Origin: the human T2T-CHM13v2.0 reference genome, Homo sapiens | Length of the DNA stretch: 64,000 bases | NCBI RefSeq assembly: GCF_009914755.1 | Contig: NC_060933.1 | Reading direction: 5' to 3' (one strand) | In this document: piece after piece, positions 51,030 through 64,000 of the stretch | Layout: every line of letters begins with the position of its first letter | Numbering within the stretch: the stretch's first letter is position 1 | Translations under genes and position numbers: made by a program | Notes under the pieces: model-generated | Database searches by the model: none | Told to the model about the DNA's origin: nothing | Seen by the model: only the letters and a program-made list of their open reading frames with translations

Positions 51030-51610
51030 CCGTCATGCCCCGCATAACAATATTTCAGTCAATGACAGACCACTAATACAACGGTGGTCCCATAAGATTA
51101 TAATGCAACTGAAAAATGCCTGTCACCTAGTGACATTACAGCTGTGATAACATCGTAGCACATTTTGTTTTTTATAAATTTAGTGTAGCCTAAATGTACA
51201 GTGTTTATAAAGTCTACAGTAGTATACAGTAATGCTCTAGGCCTTTGCATTCACTCACCGCTCACTCACTGACACTCCTAGAACAACTTCCAAGTCCTGC
51301 AAGTAAGTGCCCTATATAGGTGTACCAATTTTTATCTTTTATACTGTACTTTTACTGACCCTTTCTATGTTTAGATATGCTTAGATACACAAATACCATT
51401 GTGTTACAATTACCTAAAGTGTTCAGTACAGTAACATGCTGTACAAGTTTATAGCCTAGGAGCAACAGGCTACATCATACAGACTAGGCATGTGGTAGGT
51501 TAGACCATCTAGGTTTGTGTAAGTACATTCCATGATGTTTGTGCCATGATGAAATCACCTAATGACACATTTCTCAGAAAGTATCCCCATCATTAAGCAA
51601 TGCATGACTG
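51030..51610. mobile_element. Tigger3 (MER7) shorter deletion derivative inside L1
   Basis: TA|ccgtcatg ... catgactg|TA; homologous to 39099-40294. Confidence 0.9.
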
Positions 51611-51753
51611 TACAGAGGGCAAATAAACATATGAAAAGATGCCTAGTAGCATTAGTCACTATGGAAATACAAATGAAATTGTACCATGAGATACCACTAC
51701 ACATTCATTAATATGGCTAAAATTTAAAAGATTGAGTATACTGAATTGGCGAG

Positions 51754-52173
51754 TGCTATGATTTGAACGTTTGTTCCTTCCAAAACTCATGTTAAAACTT
51801 AATTCCCAGTGTAATCATATTAAGAGATGGAGACTTTAAGAGGTGACTGGATCATGAGGGCTCTGGCTCATGAATACATTAATTCGTTCATGAGTTAATG
51901 GACTAATGGATTATGGAGGGGATAGGTTATTTATCATGAGAGTGGATCTGTTATGAAAGCCTGTTTGGCTCTCTCAGGAGCCTCCCTTGCCATGTGATGC
52001 CCTGTGCCACCTAGGATTTTGCAGAGAGTCTCTACCAGCAAGAAGTCCCTACCAGATATGTTCCCTCCACCCTGGACTTCCCAGCCTCCAGAACTGTAAG
52101 AAATAAACTTCTTTTCTTTATTAATCACCCAGTCTTAGATTTCTATTATAGCAACACAAAACAAACTAAGACA
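51754..52173 (+). mobile_element. MST-type MaLR solo LTR inside L1
   Basis: tgctatg...actaagaca; 5-bp TSD gcgag/gtgag. Confidence 0.88.
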
Positions 52174-52485
52174 GTGAGGATGTAGAACAGCTGAAATGCT
52201 CATAAATTACTGGTGGGCATGTAAAATGTTACGATTACCTTGGAAAGCAGTTTGGAAGTTTCTTGAAAAATTAAAAAACACTTACCATATGACTCTGACA
52301 TTCCGTTCCTAAGTATTTACCAAGGAGAAATTAAAACATATGTCCACAAAAAGACTTGTACACAAATGTTCATAACAGCTTTTTTGGAATAGCCAAAAAT
52401 TGAAAACAACCCAAATGTCCTTCAACATGTTAGCAGATAAGTAAATTGCAGTATATCCACTCTAATGACTCTTAAATTTATATCT

Positions 52486-52607
52486 GGGTGTGGTTGTGTA
52501 TGCCTGTAGTCCCAGCTACTTGGGAGGCTGAGGTGGTAGGACTACATGTGCCCAGAGGTTCAAGGTCAGCCTGGACAACATAGCAAGACCCCACCCATCT
52601 CTTAAAA
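52486..52607 (+). mobile_element. FLAM/Alu monomer
   Basis: Single Alu-like arm. Confidence 0.75.
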
Positions 52608-52749
52608 AGAGGAACAAATTATATCTTCAATCCTTTCAACACAATGTTATTTTGTGTAGATGGCACTTTACAGTAAAGATAAATCAAACTAAGATAGGCC
52701 ACTACCTTGACTGCTCAAAACCTAAAAGACAGAATAACAGTACACTTAC

Positions 52750-52862
52750 TGGCACCTGGAGTCCTTGAGTATTCTTCTTTTTCTTTGACAGTCTCCTGTC
52801 TTTGGTTAGCATTTTCGCTTTGACCCATGCTCCCTGCCCTATTTCTGAAGAGCCTGAAAGAT
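52750..52862 (-). CDS. TRPM6: TRPM6 exon 27 (113 nt): [38 protein letters not shown]
   Basis: cttgcag|ATCTTT ... GTGCCA|gtaagt; phase matches neighbouring exons. Confidence 0.95.
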
Positions 52863-53044
52863 CTGCAAGGAAATGGTCTACATGAGAAAGTTGACAACAG
52901 TAAGTGGGGAACATTTTGTTTTACAGAAAAAGCTGAGAGAATGGGGAGAATGACAATGTGGTTAAGAGTCACAGATTTAAAAAACAAAACAAAACAAAAC
53001 CAGTAGCAATGCAAAGGACTTAATGCTGATATTTTAAATGTTTA

Positions 53045-54256
<1,212 letters not shown>

Positions 54257-54926
54257 CTACTTCCATCCTTAAATGGCTCCTGAGCCTCAGCTGCTTCCCT
54301 AGGTTAAGTCTGTCTTTTGCCTTCTTCTTCGCCCAATACATAACTCTCAACTCAGGTGATCTCATCCACTCCTATAATGCCCACTACTACCCATAGGAGA
54401 GGAAAAACTTACATATCTACATTTCCAGCCCTTATTTCTTTTTAATATTTCAGAACCACATTTCCAGTTCCAGCTAATGATTCCTTCAATTGTGTGATCA
54501 ATCATCCCATTTTTACTCATTAATATATTTATTCATTTACATGACAAACACTTGAATACTTCCTAACAGCAAGCACCGTACAATTTTAATGCATGTAGGA
54601 GATCCTGAGGAAGAAATAAGAATGACAGAAACAGAATCAATAATCAAATATGTAATTAAGAAAAAGAAAAAAAACACAGATCTTTAAAATTAAAAAAAAA
54701 ATCTCTAACTCTACTGTTCAAACAGGCTTCCCAAGTTTCAAACAAAATCCATTTTAGAAGACTTATATTCAGAAAAAGCCTAATGCAAATTTTTAAAGTT
54801 GTTTTGAATACTTTAACCCAAGATTATGATGTTCAGTCATTGATTCATGTAAAAGCAACACAACACATGTTCACCTTTCAAATGTAAATGTAAGTTGCAA
54901 GTAAATTGAATTAAATGTAACAATTA

Positions 54927-55194
54927 GTCCAAGTGCAATGGCTCAGGCCTGTAATCCCAGCACTGTGGGAGGCAGGTGGATCACTTGAAGTCAAGAGTTT
55001 GTGACCAACCTGGCCAACATGGTGAAATCCCATCTCTACTAAAAAATACAAAAATTAGCTGGGCATGGTGGCAGGCACCTGTAATCCCTGCTACTCAGGA
55101 GACTGACGCGGAGGTTGCAGTGAGCCAAGATCACGCCACTGCACTCCAGCCTGGGCGACAGAGTAAGACTCCATCTCAAAAAAAAAAAAAAAAA
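54927..55194 (+). mobile_element. Alu with internal deletions
   Basis: Dimer with A tail. Confidence 0.9.
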
Positions 55195-55259
55195 GTAAAA
55201 ATTAATTTAATTGAGAGATGGCTACTATTTGTCTGTACATTTCTTTGTAATTATCTCTG

Positions 55260-55713
55260 TATGTGGATGAGGTTGGTTTTGTATCCCCCAAAAAGGATAT
55301 GTTGAAGCCTTAACCCCAGAACCATAGAATGTGACCTGATTTGGAAATCAGATATTGATAGAGTAATCAAGTTAAAATGTGATCATCAGGCTGAATCCTA
55401 ATCCAATATGACTGGTGTCCTTATAATGTGAAATCCTGATACACACACACAGAGGGAAGACGATATGAAGACACACAGGGACAAAATGGCCATTGACTAG
55501 AATGATGCATCTACAAGCCAAGGAACATCCACGGTTGCCAGCAAACACCAGAAGCTAGAAGAGGCAAGGAAGGATAGCAACATCGGAGAAAGCACGGCCC
55601 TGCCAACACCTTGATTTTGGACTTCTAGCTTCCAGAAGTCTGAGACAATAAAGTTCTGTTAGAAGACACATAGTTTTTGGTATTTTGCTGCAGCAGCCTG
55701 GGAAACTAATGCA
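55260..55713 (+). mobile_element. MLT1 (B/C-type) MaLR solo LTR
   Basis: gaatgtgacct.atttggaaat...ccaatatgactggtgtccttata...ggccctgccaacaccttgatttt. Confidence 0.85.
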
Positions 55714-57681
55714 GCTATCTAAACTTCATGAGTGATGGAATAAATTACAACATGTATGAGTTGATTACATAAAAAGAAACTTGTACGCAAAAATAGAATA
55801 CAAAGGCTTAAAACAAAAATAAATTGGAAAACTGTGTTCTAATAAATTTGATGAGGCATTGATATCTCTTGATTAAGCAAAAACTTTCACAATTTATTGA
55901 GGAAAAAAAATTACAAAGACTCCCAAGGACATGAACAGATGAAAGGATACAATACAAAAGGTAAGGAAACCCAGTAAAATAGTCAACCTCATTATGTAAT
56001 CAGAGATGAAAATTAAGATAATAATGAGTTCATCTATATCATAACAGCATTTGTTTTAACCTAGCAAATTAAAAAAAGAAAAAGTGAAACAACTCAGTGG
56101 TAGCAAGGATGGAACATAGGGACACAATATTATAAAGGAAACATAATCTTACTATGCTAAAGCAGACAGATATGTTTGTTATATTGTGAGATAGAATATT
56201 ATGCATCCATTAAAAATCATACATTGTTGATAATTATTTTCTTGGGCTATTTCTAGTGGTAGAGGCAGGGCTGGGGATGTCTATTATGTTCGGCATTATG
56301 TTTTCAAATTTGGTATAAAATTTTAAGTTCAGAAACAATAGTTAAAATATATTTACAAAGTATATGTAATTAATTGGAGAAAATATTTTTGATGTGTTAA
56401 GAGCAAAAAAAAAAAAAACAGGATACAAAATAGTATCATTTTAACTGGAAATATGTGGAAGACTAAATTTTAAAAAGCCAAAATTTTCACAGTGAACTCT
56501 GGCATATCACATTGTTTTTTCTTTCTTTTCTTCCCTTGTTTCATTCTATTATTTGGGGGAGAGGAGGTATAGTTTCAGTTTCTCAATAATGAAAATCTTC
56601 AATAAACAAGATTAAAATAAAGAAACAGCATGGGAAGGAACCTAACCAATTGTGTCATGGCTGACGTGACCATTGCAGAAATGAAAAATGATTCCCGCTC
56701 TTATCTGGGGGCAGGGAGAAGTCGTGATTATGCCATGAAGAGTTTAACACTCAGCTGTAACAAGCACTTCCCAAAATAGTGTTAGACTTCCCATCAGGTT
56801 TAGAACACATCTCAAGTCACAGGGATTGAAAGAAAGATCTTCCACTTCCTCTTTCTGGGACCTTTGTAAATAGAAATTAAAGATAAAAAGAGTGGCACCT
56901 TCCATTTTTATTATATTCTATGTGAGTAGAACCCTCTCTTTCTTGCTTCTGCTATAGAATTCAACTTCTATAACTCAACAGAGGCTTAACAAATGCTTCC
57001 TGACCTTCTGGAATCTGCAAAATTAGAACTGGCAAGGATGATGTGGGAAACAGCACAAAATATATGTATACTCTCTTCCAAATATGCTTAATTAGAGCCT
57101 CTCCAACCAGTGAACTGTTTCATCTAATTCAAAAACAGTACAGTCTGAACACCAGTAATGGAGACTCATTAAGTTCCATTAGCAGCAGTCACATCGAATG
57201 GATACAATAGAAACCAGCAACTATTCACAGCCACAGGTAACATGCTACAATAGAAACCTGTTAGACAAACAACGTGGTCACCCTCAAATCAGGTCCCTTG
57301 CTTTTATAGACTTATTTTCTAAAACTTGATGTCCCGTGAAACATATTTTAATTATATTGCTGGACCACCAACGACATTAATTTAGCCTTTCAGTCATTCT
57401 GACACATAAAATTTATAATTTTAGTTTCCTCCATGCAAGGTACGAGGATGGAAGAAAGATGAGAATGGTAATTGTTTTATTATGGGCCTTTAGGCAAGAT
57501 GCCTTAAAATGAGATAACGGCAAGTATAATTACAATCATCATGAAAATCACCATATTCACTGAGTGCTCACTATGTGCCAAGCATTTTATAAAGGTTCTA
57601 CCTGTACTGTTTTATTTAATCCATGTAACAACCCTATAAGGTAGGAATTACTATTATCCTTTCATAGAAAAGAGCCTGGGT

Positions 57682-57973
<292 letters not shown>

Positions 57974-58739
57974 GAGAGGTTAGGTCACATAGCCAGAGTC
58001 ACATGGCCCATGAAAATGTCAGGCATCAAACCTAGACAGGCCGACTCCATATTCAGTGGCATTGACCACTGCCTTCTGGTACCTCTCAGCAACTCACCTA
58101 GGATCCAGGCAATTTCTTTTGGGGTTTCCTAGAGTACCATGAAGTACTAAATGAACAACAATTCTCATGCTGGGAGGTGTCACAGATGTTCCTCAGTAAG
58201 GTTTCATGGTCAAATAGTGGTGGGACCTGCTTAAGCTATAACTGTACTGATGAATTACAATGCACATTATGTTAAATATTTTTTAAAACCACAGCATTTC
58301 CGAAATATAATGTACCAAACATGCTTAATGTGGAAAAACACCTAAAAGCATCTTACTCCACAGAACAGAGAAAGGGAAAAGCTGACTTACACTACTAGAA
58401 TCAAAAAAGAAGTTAGAGTCCCAAATAGGGAAAGTAAGATTTAAAACAGCCTTGCTATGTTCTCTTTTTCCACTGTCGCAACTCACTTGATTCGAGAAGG
58501 ATATAGCAATCTCTTCTTCAGAAGTAGGCTAATGTGCAAAATCCTCTGAATCTTTTTCCCTTCCCTCTTCAAACTATTGCTCAGTTACCTCAGGAAATAT
58601 TCTCCCCTCTTTCCCATACCTCATTTATGAGGTCCATATAAATGACCTCAACAAAGATGACAGTATAAGAACAGTGCCACTGAGATAGCTCCATCAAGAG
58701 GGAAAATAGATTCTATTTTGAAGTTTAATTAGAGCTGCA

Positions 58740-59010
58740 GGCTCAGATGCGGTAACTCACGCCTGTAATCCCAGCACTTTGGGAGACTGAGGCAGAAGGG
58801 GTGCTTGAGGCCAGGAGTTCAAGACCAGCCTGGGCAACATTAGCAAGACCCTGCCTCTATAAAAATGAAAAAATTAAAAGTTAGCTCAGCATGGTAGCAT
58901 GTGCCTGTAGTCCTAGCTACTTGTAAGGCTGAGGCAAGAGGATCGCTTGAGCCCAGGATTTCAAGGGTGCATGAGCTCTGATCACTCTATCTAAATAATA
59001 ATAATAATAA
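58740..59010 (+). mobile_element. AluJ-type, 3'-deleted, (AAT)n tail
   Basis: Flanking aattagagct repeat. Confidence 0.85.
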
Positions 59011-59199
59011 ATTAGAGCTTCATAACCAAATTCTAAATCTCTTGGAAGTACCCATAATTTTCAGACGGTACATATCCATTTAATTTCTAACCCTCTACTC
59101 AAATCCCAAGAAAAGAATCCAAGAGAAAGACAATGCTTTATGATGGTTAATGTTTTTAGGATTTTATCATTGAATTGTTTATGTCTGCTTCTCAATTTT

Positions 59200-59940
59200 C
59201 ACTCTATATTCCCTTAGTTTATGATACCGCCTTCTTCTAGTTCTCTTTATACTCCTCTGAATGGTTATTTATGGTCTTCTCCATGAGTTTCTCTTTGCCC
59301 ATTACAGGTGTTGGCACCTCCCAGGTTTTAACTCTCAGCTCACTAGGTTCCCTCACTCTTGCTTCCTGGGCATAATCGCTTCCTCTGTCATACTTTTAGT
59401 TTCCTACAATAGGCAGATGACTCCTACAGTTGACTGTCCCAATAAGCAGATGAGCTCCTCCACCAGTTCAAATGCTCCCCGGGGGCTTCAGATGCACACA
59501 TCCAAAGCCTCCTGAACATCTCTGGCTAAATATACTACAAGAATCTCAAGCTCAAGAAATCTACAACTTATTGCTTTCTCTCACACCTCCTGTGCCTTCT
59601 TTATTTCGGTGGTGCCACCTTTCACCTGATTACCCCACTCTTTTCTGAAAGTCGTGCTGGACTCTATGCTCTCCCTTAGCTCCACATCTGATCCTTAACA
59701 TGCCTAATGAATTGTTCTTTCTAAATGTCATATTCACCCCTTCTTTTCAATCCCACCACCACCAACCTTGGCGAGGCTGTGGACACATCAGTGCACTGCA
59801 CTATTCTCTCAAATGGTCTTCGTGGTTCTTATTCTGACCCCCTCAAATCCACACCATTACTGAAGGTAAATCTGTCCATATCTTTGTCCACCTAAAATCC
59901 TTCCTTAGTTTATAGTTTAGAGTAAACGGCTCTCCATAAA
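59200..59940 (+). mobile_element. L2 remnant
   Basis: Pyrimidine-rich L2 body (gcagatgactcc...atctcaagctcaa). Confidence 0.6.
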
Positions 59941-60202
59941 CTTATCCCAGTTCATAATCTTGGGGAGGCAGGGAGGCTATCCTGTCCACATCTCATCTGT
60001 TCATCCCCCTTTCCTTAAGGGTTGGAGGGGAATTTGTATTTAAAAAGAAATTATACTAACAATTTTGAGGGGCCCATTTTTACTTAATAATAGATAACTT
60101 TCATTGTACTCTTACTATGAGTCAGCACTCTGCCACACAGTTCATCTATATTATCTCATTTAATCCTCACAGCATCTCTAAGAAGCAGGGCTATTTCTGG
60201 GG

Positions 60203-60502
60203 TTTGTTTGTTTGCTTGAGACACAGTCTCATTCTCTTGCCCAGGCTGGAGTGCAGTGGTGCGATTTCAGCTCACTGCAACCTCTGCCTCCTGGGTTCAT
60301 GTGATTCTTCTGCCTCAGCATCCTGAGCAGCTGGGACTACAGGCATGTGCCACCACTCCCAGCTAATTTTCTTTGTATTTTTAGTAGAGACGGGGTTTTG
60401 CCATGTTAGCCAGGCTAGTGTTGAGCTCCTGATGTCAAGTGATCCACTTGCCTCAGCCTCTAAAAGTGTTGGGATTACAGGAGTGAGCCACCTTGCCCGG
60501 CC
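60203..60502 (-). mobile_element. Alu (reverse)
   Basis: Full dimer. Confidence 0.95.
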
Positions 60503-60531
60503 TCCATGTCTATTTTACAAATAAGAAAACA

Positions 60532-61038
<507 letters not shown>

Positions 61039-61942
61039 CTATAAAGGGGCGCAGAACGTGTAGAAGAAGGAAAGAGAAATTCATATAACTATGGACTAAA
61101 GATATTATGTAGGTGAAATCAATTTTTGTGGACTCAATCTTTGATATTCAATTTTTTCTCCATATTAAATTTAATCTGAAATTCAATCAGGCACAGAAAC
61201 ACAGATTTATATAAATATGGTACCAATAGAGAAGTCCAGATTTATATAAACATGACTTATGCCCATAGTGAACCATTTAGAAAGTTCTTCATGTGATTCA
61301 GTTTAAGTAAAGCCATATTTAAGGATTCACATCTCTCTACCTGATATTTGACATCAGAAAAAAACATGCATAATTAGATATAATACATCATAGTCAGTTC
61401 CATATATGTTCAAAAATAGAGGAACACATTTAACTTCTGTCAATTTGCTTCCATTTACAAGAACAATTCTGTTTTAAAAAAATGCATTTCATCACATATA
61501 GCCTTCCATATTTTCACACGATGCCATGCACCCACAATTAGTAATAAATCCAACAGTAACTCAGATCACATTATAGCTTCCTAATATGTTCAGTCTCTCC
61601 AGTGTGTCTCCTCCTCTTTCCTCAAACTTCTGAATGTCCCCCATACCGCCTGCCTCCCTCAAAATCCCACACATAGGCACACCCAGCCGACGACTCTGCC
61701 TCAAGACCTGGGTCCCCACCAACCTTGTCTGCCTTCCCGTCTACTCTGGCCATATCCTGTCCCGTTCCCCTGCTTCGGGCAAAAAGCCAGACCCTCCATT
61801 TTCCCAGCTTCTTAGGGACTTCTCTTCAGCAAATGGCCTCCTCCCTCCACTCCTGAGTTTCTCCCTTGCTGGTGGATCATTTTCAGGACCATGCTGTTTT
61901 ATTTATTGCCACATTACGCAAAATCCAACAAAAAAACCTTAC

Positions 61943-62350
61943 CGTGTCCCCATACCAAGCTTCCCTGCACCGTAATACTTCTCCCAAAAGCCACCTGTAA
62001 TTGCAGTCTCTGCTTCTCCTATTCTGTCTTCACCCACTTCAGTGAAGCAGCCGCCAACTCCACTGCACAACAACCGCCGGTCAGACGCCCTGAGAACCCC
62101 ACTCCCCATCCAACCAGCACCCTCCATCTACCTCCTCCTCCCCTCTGGCTGCTGCCAGACACACCATGTGGCCTCAGGCGGCTGCGCTTGCTGTTCCTTC
62201 CGCCAGGGGCGCTATTCCACCAGACGCCCCTGCCTCGCCCACTGCCTCACTTCTTTCAGGCCTCCACTCAATGCCCTCAGAGCGACCTTCTAGAACCAGA
62301 CCATCTAAACAGTCCACTCAACCCCCAGCTCCGCTAGATTTCACGCCACC
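61943..62350 (-). promoter_or_regulatory. Candidate internal promoter / alternative first exon in a CpG-rich L2 remnant
   Basis: GC/CpG-rich with several GGCGG/GGGCG boxes; donor ACG|gtaagg at 61943/61942 in phase with exon 26. Confidence 0.4.
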
Positions 62351-62483
62351 ATCATTTCCTGTTCTCTCCAGCTACTTTATTTTTCTTCATAGCTCTTTTA
62401 CTGCCTGATAATAAATTACAAATCTATTTTTGTGGTTCCTTACTTAGGTTTTGTTCTCCATCCACTTCATTTCTCTCACCACC

Positions 62484-62521
62484 TACACACATGCGCACAC
62501 ACACACACGCGCGCGCGCATG
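62484..62521. repeat. Alternating purine-pyrimidine tract (CA)n(CG)5
   Basis: tacacacatgcgcacacacacacacgcgcgcgcgcatg. Confidence 0.9.
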
Positions 62522-62775
62522 AATGTAAGTCCCATGAGGACAAGGATTCTTATGTCTTATTAACCACTTATTCCTAGTAACTAAAAGAGTGCCTGGAATA
62601 TAGTAGATGCTTAATAAATATACTTTGATTACATGAATATTATATGTTGTTAAATGTTTCAAATTATAAAGAACTCAAACCTCTGGGATTTGAAAGATCT
62701 TTCTACACCTTTAGATATTCTAGCAGAATCACGTTGTGTTAGTGGTTTCAGAATGGAAAAGATTTATATCTTTTA

Positions 62776-62940
<165 letters not shown>

Positions 62941-63080
62941 TCATTATTCACCTCAGGGCATGAGTGGCTTTTCTTCCACTTGTATTGAAAATGAGAAACT
63001 ATAGCCTGTTGTGATAAGTTTGTCACCTTGTCAAACTATTTCTAATATTAATGCAGAAACAGCACCAATAAACAACTGGG

Positions 63081-63370
63081 AGCTGGGCGCAGTGGCTCAC
63101 GCTTGTAATCCCAACACTTTTGGAGGCTGAGCAGGGGTGGATCGCTTGAGCTCAGGAATTAGAAACCAGCCTGGGCAACACAGGCAGACCCTCTCTCTAC
63201 AAAAAAATTTCAATATTAGCTAGGCGCCTGTGGTCCCAGCTACACAGGAAACTGAGGCAGAAGGATGGCTTGAGCCTGGGAGGTCAAGGCTGCAGGAGCT
63301 GTGATCACGCCACTACACTCCAGCATGGGCTAAAAAGCGAGACCCTGTCTCAAAAAAGGAAAAGAAAAGA
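63081..63370 (+). mobile_element. AluJ-type
   Basis: Diverged dimer. Confidence 0.9.
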
Positions 63371-63544
63371 AAGAACTGGAAACACCAGCCTGGGTCTCTC
63401 CTACTCATTCTTTGAAAATGACTCATATATAGAATTCTTTCTCTTCAATATTTTCACAGGTTAGAATGCTTTCACATTTAAGAAAAATTCACTGCGTTTA
63501 TATGAAAATGGGGAATCTGTCTTCTTTTCTCTCTGCCAACACTT

Positions 63545-64000
<456 letters not shown>

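Larger units (their letters stand above)
61590..62640 (+). mobile_element. L2 remnant with 3' end (tagtagatgcttaataaata)
   Basis: cctcacttctttcagg...aatgccctcagagcgaccttc; tgtaagtcccatgaggacaagga...agtgcctgg. Confidence 0.7.

Noticed and set aside
62199-62214. CTCF-like ccgccaggggcgct
   Set aside because: One G short of the core spacing; too weak without ChIP data.
61634-62408. Plus-strand Pro-rich ORFs of 80-148 aa
   Set aside because: Explained by C-rich, stop-poor L2 sequence; no homology recognised.

Overview
Primate (almost certainly human) genomic DNA. It contains the 3' half of TRPM6 (Mg2+ channel-kinase) on the minus strand: 15 coding exons, here called 25-39 from recalled gene structure. 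They splice with canonical GT-AG sites into one continuous frame covering the coiled-coil, the Ser/Thr-rich linker and the alpha-kinase, ending at TAA 15668-15670. A 3' UTR of about 2.1 kb carries an antisense Alu, and about 13.5 kb of intergenic DNA lies beyond it. The rest is mostly Alu, L1, L2, MIR, MaLR LTR and Tigger/MER DNA-transposon fossils. Most ORFs in the track are repeat artefacts. Main findings: (1) a CpG-retaining L2-derived segment in intron 25 that looks like an internal first exon; its strong donor would splice in frame into exon 26 and give a channel-less coiled-coil + kinase protein (untested inference). (2) A 96-nt stop-containing cassette exon in intron 36 matching the recalled testis isoform TRPM6t, with an adjacent hairpin and a possible private terminal exon. 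(3) A second CpG-retaining domain around exon 38. (4) A near-adjacent inverted Alu pair and a strong Alu strand bias. There is no CRISPR, tRNA, rRNA or prokaryotic system. Repeat boundaries and subfamilies are by eye and approximate.
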